This document shows, piece by piece, positions 1 to 12,100 of a stretch of DNA of 64,000 nt. The position numbers and the translations under genes were made by a program. Numbering within the stretch: the stretch's first letter is position 1; each line of letters opens with the position of its first letter. The notes under the pieces were generated by a model that did no database searches, was not told the DNA's origin, and saw only the letters and a program-made list of their open reading frames with translations. Source of the stretch: Klebsormidium nitens (taxonomy: Eukaryota; Plantae; Klebsormidiophyceae); contig DF236954.1 in assembly GCA_000708835.1 (NCBI GenBank), forward strand, positions 236,052-300,051, given 5' to 3'.

Positions 1-1125
1 CGTCTTCGCGTAGACCAAAAGTCCTTCTCACTTCCCACAAGCTAATCTCAGGGCGTCCCTCTGGATCTGTGTCGTCGATCATGAATGATTGGACATACAC
101 AATCCGCGTGAGCTCGCCATCGACAGCACTGTGTAGTTCGACTGTGAGAAGTGGCCCCAGTCTCACTTTGCTTTCGGTCAGCAGGGAGAGTGGCATCTGC
201 TTCTCTTCTTTCAAGTCTTCAGGCGCATTCTTCATTCCCATCTTGGAACGTGTCTCCTAGTGAATTCTTTGACCAGGTGGTTCTGAAAGTATGAACAAAG
301 ACTTCAGAAAAGGTCTTCCTTCTGCATCACCGCCTACCAGTAGGCCCTTCCTTTCTTAACGCGGATTGAAAGGTCGACTACTTTTCGAACTACAGCCTGG
401 CGCCTTTTCCAATCTTCCCACTCAGCAATGCTTTGTGACTGCTCTGATGGAAGAAAACTATAGGTAGATAGTTTGGGGCTACGTTGCGGTAAACCCCCTC
501 GTGAACACACATGGACCGTCGGATGCCCGATTCAACGGTTGATTTTGCGCGGCCGCGCCCGGCATCGCGTCGATGGACGTGCCTTGAGATGCTCCTCTTT
601 TCCGAACCTGACTTACGGCGGAGCGCTCAGCCTGCGGCTTGACTGTGATCTGGATTTTATCGTGGCGCTGGCAGGCACAAGTTGAATGGCCAAAAGAAGA
701 AGAGCTAGCACAGCAACATCATATCACCTCGAAGATTTTGAGAGTTTGAGTCAAGAGCTTTGTCTCGCCTTGAAGATTAAAGCTGAAGGTGATTCTGCTT
801 GAACGGTCTCTACCAGCTGGTAGGTACTCGCATCTTTATTTCCACCGGCCCAGCCTTCACCATCTCTGACTGATGACCCTTAAACTTGGCGCGTCTTTCC
901 ATCCACCTTTGAAAGTACCAGTGCCTGACGGTACCAAATCTGTTCAAACTCCTTGACATCGTCACTCTGAAAGTTCCCGAACATACCTGGCATCGTCCAC
1001 TTCCGCTTAATCAGAGTCGATTCGAACTCAGCCAAAACCGGGTTTCCTTGCAGCTCTAGTGCCAAAGGAATCTTTGGCAATTGGATCTTTCCGCTAATCT
1101 TTGGAACCTTCAAGCTTCTCGACAT
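1..1125 (-). pseudogene. Possible degenerate coding remnant of unknown family
   Basis: Minus-strand frames read protein-like for 80-85 codons (880-1125; 256 to the window start, ETRSKMGMKNAPEDLKEEKQ...WEVRRTFGLRED) but are broken by stops and frameshifts. No family motif recognised. Confidence 0.2.
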
Positions 1126-3005
1126 AACCTCAGAACAGGTCCACAGGCTTATCGTTCATCGTAGTCAGACGGTCTCATAATATGCTACTGATGCCTCCCA
1201 AAATTGCGCCTTTGCTATCAATGTCCAATGGAAGCAGACAGATAGGCTGAAGCAAACCCTCAATCTATCCGTAACTTCAGCAGATTCCCTGAGCTCGTGC
1301 CTCTACAACGTGACTTTCAACTTGTAACACGAAGCCTACAGTAGAGTAGCCAGTGCTGTAATTTGCTTACAAATTAAGACTGAGGCGTAACCGTGTTCCA
1401 GCTTTGGTCCAATCAGCCCCTCCCAACCTGATGCGAAACTTTGCCGGTAGTGTGCTTCGGTTCACCTTCACGGCCGCCCTTCTCGAAGCCACTGGACGTC
1501 AGTGACCTCTGCAACTCGGTCAAGTGACGACCAGAGACTGTTCTTGGGTTTGCCAGCAAAGGATGGGGGCGATACCTGATTCGCGCGCGCTTTACATTAC
1601 AGGTGAACATATACTGAAGGGAAGCGGCTATTGCACATCGTGGCGGGGCCAAGGTGCTAGTCCCTTACATTTGAGAACAACGGTGGATCTGGCAGCGTCT
1701 GCGCGCGGGCTCCGCTCTTCGATTCTTCGTGATACGAAAAGCGGCATCGAAGTCAAAATCATCCTTTCAACGGGTTTGGAATTACTTTCTCCAAACGTGG
1801 CGAGCTTTACTGTAACGACTGTGCAGCAGACGGCCTGTGTGCTTCGCGCCCTCATGCTCCCAAAGGTTATGCACGTCATGCGTCCGGGCCTCGAGCAAGC
1901 ACTTGATCTTGCAAGCAGTCTGAGCAATTATACGTATACTGTATAGTTGAGTTCCTGGCCATTGTCAGAGGTAGTATAGCATCCTAGTCGGGTAGGGGAC
2001 CTGGTTTGAAATTCAGCCTCGGACGTCTGCTGTGCCAAGCAATCGGCGCCGCAGCTTTTGTTCCATAAGGCTTTCCAGCTTTCTTGTCACGGCTTGATTT
2101 TGTCATTCAAAGAAGCGGTGATGAAACATGACAGGCTAGATGGCTGTGCAGAAGCTATTGAAGTTCGGCAGGCAACATACATACATGATTCGCGCGCGGA
2201 TCGGAGTCACGGTCGTACGGAACATATTAAGGCTTCATTGGTAGTCGATCCATGCCCCGGGCAACCATGCAGTTCACCGTTTGGATTGATCGCGAGTTAA
2301 CCGTAGGTCCTGATCGAACTGAGTCACGCCGGCCTGCGCATAAATCTTCCAGTGACATCATGTGCAGGTTTACGAGCATGCATCTGCCCATTGTCTTTGT
2401 TTCCGTTAGTCGGCAATTCAAGCTAGGACTCACGGTCACATGTGATTTGGAAAGAAGTCGTGTCTATGTAATATCGACATGGCATTGATCAATATATGTG
2501 CGTTTATTCGACAACGGCCATCGAAATCTGACGAGTGCAGCCAATTCTCTAGCATGCACTTCAGGATTGGATCGCGTGACATGCCCAAGATGGCTGGGCT
2601 AAGCTGTGTGATGCATCTCAATGCAATGACTCGGATCACCTCGATTTTGCCAATATCAGCCGCAAGCTCCTCAAAGATGTAACTTCCATCTGTTCCACAC
2701 AATTGTTGTTTTGACGCGAGACACGACTAACAACTGCTGATTCATTGCCCTAATCAATGAACCAATGCCTACCGCTAACATTAGTACATAGTACAGACCT
2801 ACCAAGACTCCAATTGTCACCTTCCAACAGCTCCTGTGCATGATCTGCACTGCCAACCTTGAAATTTAAGCCTTATATCGCTGGATTTCTTCGTTGACTC
2901 TAGAGCTAGAGCGGTTGCAATGCGATCTAGAGCGCAATTGCGATCTCAACCCGTATCATACGCTACCTGCGCCTGTGGATGAATGTTCCGTGCCATGATC
3001 CGAAG

Positions 3006-3045
3006 AATGGCACCAGCTCCAATGCGAAAATTAGCTGGTGCCGTT
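3006..3045. repeat. Inverted repeat / hairpin
   Basis: ggcaccagct (3009-3018) and agctggtgcc (3033-3042) form a perfect 10-bp stem with a 14-nt loop, extendable to 13 bp with one G-T pair. About 345 bp downstream of the PLATZ stop. Confidence 0.7.
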
Positions 3046-3386
3046 TGTCCTTAATTCCCGCATCTAATTTATAGTGGCCGTAAATTACCCCGGCCAGTCC
3101 TACAACTCTTGATGCAGCGGGCCTAATGTTTAACCATCCTTCCGAGCGGAGTCCTACACAGTACGATCCTTAGGCAGTACCTTCGTCCGTCCGGTCACTT
3201 GAATCTGCCCCCCACAACCTTAACCCTCGCACCTTAATCCCTCCTCCCTTCCCCGCATTCAATACCTATATCACCTCAATTACCGATTGGACTCATAGAC
3301 TACAAATACCGCATGGCGGAGACAAATGTACCGCGACCAAACGCACCCCCACACCCCCCCAACAAATTCGCCCTACTTTGTACCCC

Positions 3387-6150
3387 CTACCACAGCGGCG
3401 CCCGGTGGGGCACGGTCATCTTCCTCCGGGAAACGGACCGGAGCATCGAGTCGAGTGAGTCGGTGGAGCCTCGGGAACGCTTCAAAGTCAGCCGGGGGGA
3501 GAGTTCGAAGATGTTGGGGAGCGAAGTGGATGACGTGTCAGACTCGACTTCGCGGGGGGAGTCTATCTCGCTGGATTGGGACTGGAAGCTGCTCTCGGAA
3601 GTGGGGATGGTGATCCGCCGGAAAGTGCGCCGGGCAGTGACGCGGGCAACAGCCTGAAGTAGAAAACGGAGAGGCTTTTAGGAACGAATCCAGAAGGAAT
3701 CTATCAGGATGCATATGCAGAAACTGCCGTCAGTCTATTCCTGAGAAATTGATTGGGGAGGAGACACGTTTTGCAAAGCACAGCAACCTTCGGAATCAGC
3801 CCACTTTCTGACAGCAAAGGTCCAAGGACGGAAAATATGCAACAAGAGGGCATCCCAATGAAACACCAAGCCTCTTCTAATGCCTTCAACTTCAGTTCAG
3901 GCTTCAGGCAAGTCATACAAGAAGGCAATGACGAAGCAGGCAAACTCTGTACCAAACCCTTCAACAATCTTTCCAGCGGTTCTCAGCCAAATTGTCTCAC
4001 CTTGAGGTGCTTCATGGGGGACGACTCGGGGCTGAGCTCGAACGTGGTGTGCATGAACTTGGGTAGCATCGCAGCCACGTCCTGGCCCGCGTCCAGAGAC
4101 GAGTCCACCTTGCAAGCGACGCAGCAGTACTGGTGCGGCTCCTGAAGGGCGCGGTCGCAGTGGCCGCACACGTTGCCGAGAGCTTTGGAAGGTTTGGGCT
4201 GCGGTCGCTGGTTGAGGAAGACAACGCGTGCGCCGTTGATGATGTAGGTCTGCGAGGATGAGAAGACAAGTGTTAGGAGGGCAAAAGTGAGGGATGGAGG
4301 GTCAAAAGAATTGAATTTGAGAACTCCAATTTTCAAATGAGACGGTGTCTTGACATGAGGGGCACAGGAGGCCAGGGAATGAAAGGTGAGAACATTCACA
4401 GAAGCTAGTAATATCAATTGGGAGGGTAAGCAAGGAAGAGCCCTTTTTCCATTTGTTCCAACTAAGAGCTGTGTCAAGCGCGTCAGGCTTCAGAAAATTC
4501 AATGCAGGTGGAGTAAGCAGGCCTTATGACAAGCAAACCTGAAGGTCTGGAGGAATACCAAGAGATTGAGAGACAGGAGAACCAAGAGGCATCCTCAGAT
4601 ATAGAGACATGATGCAGATAAGTAGTCTGTCTTGACTTGGTAAACAGAAACTCCACGAATCGAATCTGTACAGTTCTGGGCCAGAACTTGACCAAGCCTA
4701 GTCTTACCTGAACACCAGAGCAGTCCACTAGCTTTGAGATGTCGTTAAGTCTGACAACGTCATGGTAGACATACCTGCGGACCTGCACAAAAGAGAGGGG
4801 AATTTGTCAGTCAGAACCAAGAGAGAATCAGTCGGTCAAAACCAAGAGAAAACGAGACAATCTGAAGACACGGAAGAGACCATCTTGGCTGAAGATTGCG
4901 CTATGCCTGAAGGCATGATGAGAAGTTGTAAGTACCGAGGACTCTGTTAGCTGGGTCTGCAGGGCTGTCTGGACTAACCAGAAGGCAAGCTAATGCAATG
5001 GAGACTGAAGCAATCCAATTGAGCTCTGCAATACTATCCCGCACTTAAAAGTGTTTTGCAACTCTTCAATTGCAGCCAATGCTGAAGACTGGAGGACGGA
5101 CATTTCTCAACATCCAAGGTGTAGAATCCTCAGTCATATGGTGCTTCAGGAACCCAGTCCAAATCATGGAATCTATCAAGAATGTGTGGAGGTCCTGATT
5201 TATGCCCCAATTGCGACATACCAGTGAACTTCTCTTAATGCTCTGACCAGCAGCAAGATGAACAGAGCTATCAAGATTCTGCTACTACATGCAGCTCCTC
5301 TGAGGTAGTGACCAACTTTGGAATGACCTTGTAACACCCAATTGCCAAAAGCAACGGCCACCAAGGTAAGGAAGTGAAGCCAGTCTTACCTGCACTAGCT
5401 TGTGGCCTCCATGACTCCCAAGACAGTGCTGGCAGATTGCGTCATGGCAGTCTATGCAAAAGATATTGCGCTCGTTCTTCTTGGCAATCAAGTGCCTCTT
5501 GCAGGGCACAAAGAACTCTAGGCTAAGCAGGGCATCCAGCCATTCTGGACGCTCCAGTGGCAAGGCCCGAGGCAGGGAGAATCCCACCTGAAACAGGGAG
5601 GAATCCAGTGAGCATTGTGACTCATGACAGCTGTCAGCAGTGCCATGTGCAGCTGGCCGTGTTTGATGGACAGCTGGCAGGATTGCAGCTGCTCAGCTGA
5701 GTAATGAGTGGAATTGAAGACATGCTGACTTAGGTATGCTCCATTTTAGAGCGTGCAGATTATTTTGTGCCTGGCAACTGAGAGATGGTACATCTGCCCA
5801 CATTGCAAAGAGAGCATTTGGCTTAGAGAGAGGCAGAGATTAACTACTACTCGAACGGCCTGTGCAATTCTCAATTCAGCAAAATTCGACATCATGGCCC
5901 AGAATGCTCTCGGAAGACTAACTAACAATGAACCAGCAATCCACAAGATGGAAAGTAAGGGATCAACGTACCCTACATCATCGCTCAATTACCAAATTGC
6001 AGAAGACCATAGCTGACTCTAACACAAATAATGTGTCCAGAGGAAAAGATTCCACAGTAACAAGCCCGAACACCAGATGAAATTCCCTCAGGACACGAGC
6101 CCACCATCATGACGGAGGAACCGTATGGGGTCACCATGCAAACTCACCAT
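3387..6150 (-). CDS. PLATZ: PLATZ plant AT-rich/zinc-binding transcription factor (spliced)
   Basis: Exons 5587-5390, 4782-4708, 4249-4001, 3653-3387 (all phase 0, GT-AG). Motifs: PEWL..L...FF..C..H...KNERNIFCIDC...[52 protein letters not shown], C-x2-C...YCCVACKV, C-terminal RRKMTVPHRAPLW*. The first seen exon starts at a CAG acceptor; the start is inferred as an ATG-only exon at 6150-6148 (ATG|GTGAGT). Confidence 0.92.
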
Positions 6151-8221
6151 TCTCAATGCAACACTAGAAGTCGCAGTGCAATTGGCGACTTTCTTGGCCT
6201 GCGTGTGCGTTGCCAGATGCTAGTGCCGAATATCTAAAGGGCTGGTAAAGGTAAGACAGGCAATTCCAACTTTTGAGATCACAGAAAGTGTTCAAGAGAG
6301 TCACTGAATGAGCCACCACTTCTGTTTCGAGGGTAAAGATGGTAAAGGTAGGATGGAGTAAAGCCTCCACTCACGAAATGCAGAGGGCAAAAATCAGCAG
6401 TGGCCATGGCGAAATGTCCAAGGCGTAGCTTGGGGTTCAAGGTTGAGTGCTTTGACTCGAGTGCCCAATCATCGTTTCTGGGCCAAGAATTTGAGGTGGG
6501 TACTTCCGCAAACGAATTTACTGGTTATCATCACGCGAATTCCCCACGCTAGCTTTCCAGTGGCCTTTGAGGGCATGACAGCTGTAACCCTACGATACGT
6601 GTAAACCATAGACGTACGTATCATGCGCCGAAGAGGACCAGGATCCAGGATCCGCTCCCGATTCCAAAACCCAAGGCTTGCGCAATATAATGGATTCACC
6701 CAGCCGAACATCTTCCTCCTTTTGCGGGTCCTCTCATGTCAATGCAATCCAAGCTGACATCACCGCGGGATTTGCTCATTGCTCAGCCAGGCTAATTTGC
6801 GAAATACAGTACGTAACACAGCACTACGAGTGCGCGATCAGTCTGTGAAATATTAACCACAGGCTGGCAAGGAGCACGATCCGATTACCAATGACGTCAT
6901 TCTATCCGAACCCGGCCAAAAGTTATAGATTGTACGGCCACGTCGCGCTAGGACAGTCTATGGAGAGACGTGGCCGCATTGTCGTCTTCAAATTGACCTA
7001 TTCCCATTGGTTGCTCGCTTGTGGTCAAGTTGTACCCAGAAACGAGGTTTGGACATTCTGGACGGTAGAAATATTGGGCAGTCCGCATTCCGCTCCATCC
7101 CCCAGTCCGACGGAACGCCACACCTGGATATGGCCAAGCCCGGATTCCGTAGGGGCACGAGCGGAACATTTTGCAAGTTCGAACGTGACGGATCCGCCGA
7201 TGGGCACGTGGCGCATTGAGGCTGCGCCACTTGAGCACCTAAATTGCACGATAACCGTAGCGCTGCATAATTGCACTGGCACCATGGGGCAGCCAGTCTG
7301 CATTGACAACCTGCAGTCTGTACTTGCCGCCGCCGGCGGTAATGGTTACCAAGTTGGAGGCTCGAGTACTCGAGCCTGACTCGGAGGCAACCTGTCAAGC
7401 TAGACGAATTGGAACCTGGGAATAAGCGGGAGAAATGCTCGTCGACCTCACGCGTGGATCTGGAGGCAGGCACGGACGAGAAGACGGATCTACACGAAGG
7501 AAGAGGGCAACTGAAGAAGCTGGGTCTTTGCAGCATTGTAAGTTATTCCCGCTTGTCTCCTTGTTGGAGTTCCCGATGTGGCGGTCCAAATGTTCTTTGA
7601 GGATTGCCATCTGTGATCAGTCACATCGTTTAGGGCTTTCCTCAGGCTGTCGGCAGCAGTCAGTCGAAAAAGATGTGGGGTTTATGATGCTCAGGTGTCA
7701 CACTAGTCGCAGCCTGCTTGATCCTTATTTTGTTGGATGTGTTTGGGCTGATCCTTTTTATCAGCTCTTCACTTCTAGCGATCTTGTGTTAAACTTGTGC
7801 CGACTTCATGTTGCTGTGTCGTGCTTATGTCGTCAAAACTATTTGCTGCTTCTCCATCAGCCGTGGTATGATCACGTTTGGACCAGCATGCTGTTCGTGT
7901 TACTGTTCGAGGTTCAGCTACAAATCACTCCACAAACCTGTCCATAGTCGCTGTGGCGATTGCTCTGTCTTGATCTGTCGGGTTTTCTCATTATTTTGAT
8001 GCCATCGACTATTTGGGCTTGGCGCCACTTTCATTTCAATAATGTTTTGACGCCATCAAAGCCTTTTTCTTTGGATCGTGGCGCCACTCTTATTGCTTGA
8101 AAATTCAAAGTTGAACTTCTGGCGGGGACGGATGTAGGCAGATGTATTGGCTGGTATGAAGGGCGCCAGCTTGTTGGGAGTCCTAGCATGCACTGAGCCT
8201 CCTGATAGTGTTCACTCCAAA

Positions 8222-8286
8222 TTGGAGTCAACAGCTACCTGAAATTTATTTATCACTGTAAATTGGAAGTCAACAGCTACCTGAAA
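8222..8286. repeat. Short direct repeat (2 x ~23 bp)
   Basis: ttggagtcaacagctacctgaaa (8222-8244) and ttggaagtcaacagctacctgaaa (8263-8286). Confidence 0.8.
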
Positions 8287-8996
8287 GTTATTTTCTAGCC
8301 CCTTCGAGCAGCCCAAAAACACCAACATAAGGGAATTGCTTTTCAGCTGCATGGATTTGGGCATCTATTTTAGTGCAATTCCGAGGTGCCCGCTTTAGCT
8401 CTCTCAATGTAAGGCCCTTTCTTGCCCAGATTGCAAGATCATTTATGCATCCTTAGTCCACACTTTTCAGTGTCAGCACCCATGGTCTGCTGATGAACAA
8501 GCAGTTTACGTTCCAGTGCACCACGAGGCGCACGGTAAGGTCGGTCATACTGTTAGAAACCTGGAAGCCATCTTCTGGGGCTTTGCTGGCCAACCCAAGT
8601 TGGTGTTCAGCAAACTTGCAATCTTAGAGTCTTCACATTTTTCAGTATATTACAGCAGCAGATCCAAGTTTACTTGAGGGTCACCCTGTATTCAAGCGAT
8701 ACCTTGTGCAGCCGGCTTAGCAACTGTAGTGAGAGTGATCGGTACCCCGTGCCAGGGTTGAACTGGCTTGTCACAGCTTTGACTAGTTTGCCTCGACCAG
8801 CACCATAGTTCCTCAGACTGAACCATCTACTAGTTATTGCAGGCTTACAAGAAAGGGAATTCTATCAAAATTTTCTCCGCGGAAGGAAAAAAGTTATAGT
8901 GCAATATCATGATTCCTTCCACCAGCAGATGCATCCACTCTCAGCAACATCCCGAGGTTGACATTCGTGCGCCAGCTCGATGAGGCTGAACTCAGC

Positions 8997-9051
8997 TCAA
9001 ACCCAGCTCAAACCCAGGTCAAACCCAGCTTAAACCCAGCTTAAACCCAGC
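8997..9051 (+). repeat. 11-bp tandem repeat (T[C/T]AAACCCAG[C/G]) x5 upstream of CRY-DASH
   Basis: Five contiguous units starting at 8997, 9008, 9019, 9030 and 9041; the array ends ~60 bp before ATG 9113. Confidence 0.9.
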
Positions 9052-9112
9052 TCTCAAGTCTGACTGACTCGACCCACTCCGTTTGCAGGAGAAACGATCT
9101 TTCGTCGCACAC

Positions 9113-12100
9113 ATGGTCTCCATTCTCCGCTCTGCTTCCTGCCCAACAGCAAAAGCAGTCAGCAACTGTTCCGCCAAGTGGGCGCTCCGGCAGCTCGCTC
9201 CGGCGCAACCAATCATAGCGCGCCACGTCAGCAAACCTGCCCGCTTAAACCTCCACCCAACTTTTACCCCTGCCAGAAGCAGTGTCAGAGGGATCCCCCA
9301 GCCAAGTGGCCCCTCGTTTCCCCATAGACGGGCGGAAGGGAGTTTCCGAAGCAGGGCCGCTCAATTCAAAAGCAATCAAGTAGGAGAAGGGTTCGCCTCA
9401 TTTGGATCATTAGGGGCTACCAGCAATCTTGAAACAGTTAGCACGCCTAGTTTGCCCAGTTCGTTTCGTGGGTCGCCGCTCCAAGGCTCGTGGACACTCG
9501 TTGGCTTTGTACGCGTCAGAAGCGCAGGAGGACATCGGCAGGGGAGAGGCTTCTGCACACAAGCGGCGGCTCGGGAGTTTGTGATCAAAGGTGAGGAAAT
9601 TTCTGCCGTTTCGTTTTGGGGAGGCGGTCTTATAAACCTGCGACTTCTAGAAGGTGTTCAACAGCTAGTTGTACCTGTGGAGTAGAGTTGCTCTTGTTCC
9701 CAATTTTAATCCACAGTGGCTAGTGGTCGAGAAAACAACTTGTTTGGCGGTTCCAAAGACGTCGAAGCTGAGTTTGTTCTTGTTCTGGGAACCTAGGTTT
9801 ATCTAATGTGTCGCATCACCTTACATGCGAAGCTGTCGTCCAGTGGCAGGCAGATTGCGGCCATGTTATGCAGAAGGCAGAACGTTCTTCGCGAATGTTT
9901 CATTGTCCTAGCCAAAGTTAGCGCAAGAATCCACTCGCAGCAGCCGACATTTCCGGTCGCTCCTTGACGGCTCTCTTTGAGTCGTCTCGAGCACGTGTCC
10001 CGGTCATGCGTAGCGCACAAGCGTCGATACCTCGCTTTTACCCCGCTCCTTTTCAACTGCATCACAAGCAACCAAGGTCTCCGTCCATGAACTTCGTTTT
10101 TCGTCTTTTACAGAGACCGACATGGCCTCTACCAAAGAGACGCCCGTCATCTTATGGTTCCGCAGCGACCTGCGGTTGCACGACAACGAGGCGCTTGTGC
10201 GGGCAGCAGAAGCATCGGATTCCGTTGTCCCGGTCTTCTGCTTCGACCCGCGGATCTACGGGCGGACGTACCACTTCGGCTTCCAGAAAACGGGACGTAA
10301 GTCGCTGGTTCCCTTGCAATTGATGTCCATCTTTCTTTGAATCATTATTTGCGTATGATGTTCTCGTTTCGTCCTTCCACGGAAACGTAGGAGGGATGAG
10401 ATCTGGGCTTTTGTAGGGCTGCTTCATGCACCCCTAGAATACAAAGATGGCCGAGGCATATGGATCCGGCTTTGAATCTAGTCGGCTGTGCGCAATGAGC
10501 GGCGCATCAGTTTTGTGTCCGGACGGTTGAGTTTGCAGGTAGAAGGGTGCTGTTACGATCACAATTGTCTTTTGACCCTTCAGCTTGATGTTCGTTACCA
10601 TCAAGTTTGATTACCTCAATTAGCACAATTCACTGAAAACGAATCTCGGTGGTTGCTTTCTGTCTGCTGTCTGACGATCCTGAGTTCTTTACGGCTTCCA
10701 TTTTCGTACCTCTGGTCTTCGTAACTTCCATCCTGTAGACTCAAGGCTTTTAAGGGTTGCAGTCCTTCGACTTTTTCAACCCATTCGGTTCGTGCTGAGG
10801 TTCCGCTCTCCTTGCGCAGCCTTGCGCGCCCAGTTCATCTGGGACGCCGTCTCCGACCTACGTCAGCAACTACGTCAGCGGGGCGCGGACCTTCTCGTGC
10901 GCGTCAGCAACCCGGAAGACGTCATCCCGTCTCTCGCAAAATCCGTTGGCGCACAGCGCGTTTTCGCGTCGCTCGAGACGTGCTCCGAGGAGAAAGCGGT
11001 AGAGCGGCGCATGCTACACAAGCTCCAGGAGGGGAACTCTAGAGGGTTTCTGGAGCTGGTATGGGGGGGCGTAACGATGTATCACATCGACGACTTGCCG
11101 TTTCCGGCTGCAGCGGTTCCGGATGTTTACACCCAGTTCCGGAAGGGGGTGGAGAGCCGGTCGAAGGTACGGGAACCTCTAAAGATTCCGAAGCTGAAGC
11201 CCATTTCGAAGGAGGTTCTCGGGAAGATTCAGGCGGCCGGAGGGCCCGGAGAGATGCCCCGATTGGAAGCTTTAGGGGTGGATCCGCAGGCGATGGACCC
11301 CCGGGGGGTGCTGCCATTCAAGGGCGGGGAAACGGCGGCGCTGGAGCGGTTGAATGACTACTTCTGGACAAAGGTAGGCTTTGGCTATGGGGAACTTGTT
11401 GAATTGACTTTGAAGGGTTCCGCTGAGGCTCGAAGATGAAGTTCCAAACCCAGAGCAAACCGAATTACGTGGAGCGGCTTCGACTCTTTTTTCTGTATGA
11501 ACCAAGCGTAACTAGAGAACTCTGGCTCATTACCCGTCCGCTCTGCTCCTTTCAATTGAAGATGTCCGGAGTAGGAGTACATAGAGCTCAACGAGCTGTC
11601 ACTCTGAGCTTGCTTCGGCATACTCAAGATGGCGTCGCATCCCGTGTCATGGCAAGAGTACAACACCACCTCGGGTGCAAATGTGCGCGTCAGGTTCAAT
11701 GTTGAGCCATAGAGTTACTCTATCGAGTCTTTTCTAGCCCTTCTAAAAGAAGAAAAGGGAGGGGGGGAAAACGAACTCAGAGGCTAGTTTTCTTGGTGCG
11801 TTGCTCTCGGCAGGTGTCTTTCGGCCGATACACTTCTTTCAAAACAGTCTCTTCCAAATGGCCTAAGTGTCAGAAGCAACACGGCACGGAAGAGCTGATG
11901 GATTGAAAGCTTGGTCGCTTTTGCAGGACTGCTTGAAGGAGTACAAGGAGACGCGGAACGGCATGCTGGGCGGCGACTACTCGTCCAAGTTTTCGGCGTG
12001 GCTCGCGCACGGCTGCATTTCGCCACGCTACATTCACAGCGAAGTGAGCTAGCTGACACGGTTGGTCTCTGTGCATGTGGTTTCCGGCGGAATGGACCCT

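Noticed and set aside
1400-2900. Possible Ty1/copia pol relic on the minus strand (VLVGLYYVLML, GKIEVIR, WFID*G, ARSTVV)
   Set aside because: The matches are short, fall in different frames and conflict on domain order. There is no intact YVDD or other diagnostic motif, so it is not supportable without a profile search.
3006-3045. Helitron 3' end
   Set aside because: A hairpin is present but there is no CTRR terminus at the expected distance on either strand.
6891-8000. Possible plus-strand gene divergent from PLATZ (ORFs 6891-7379, 7435-7947)
   Set aside because: No recognisable motif, and no consistent exon chain could be built.
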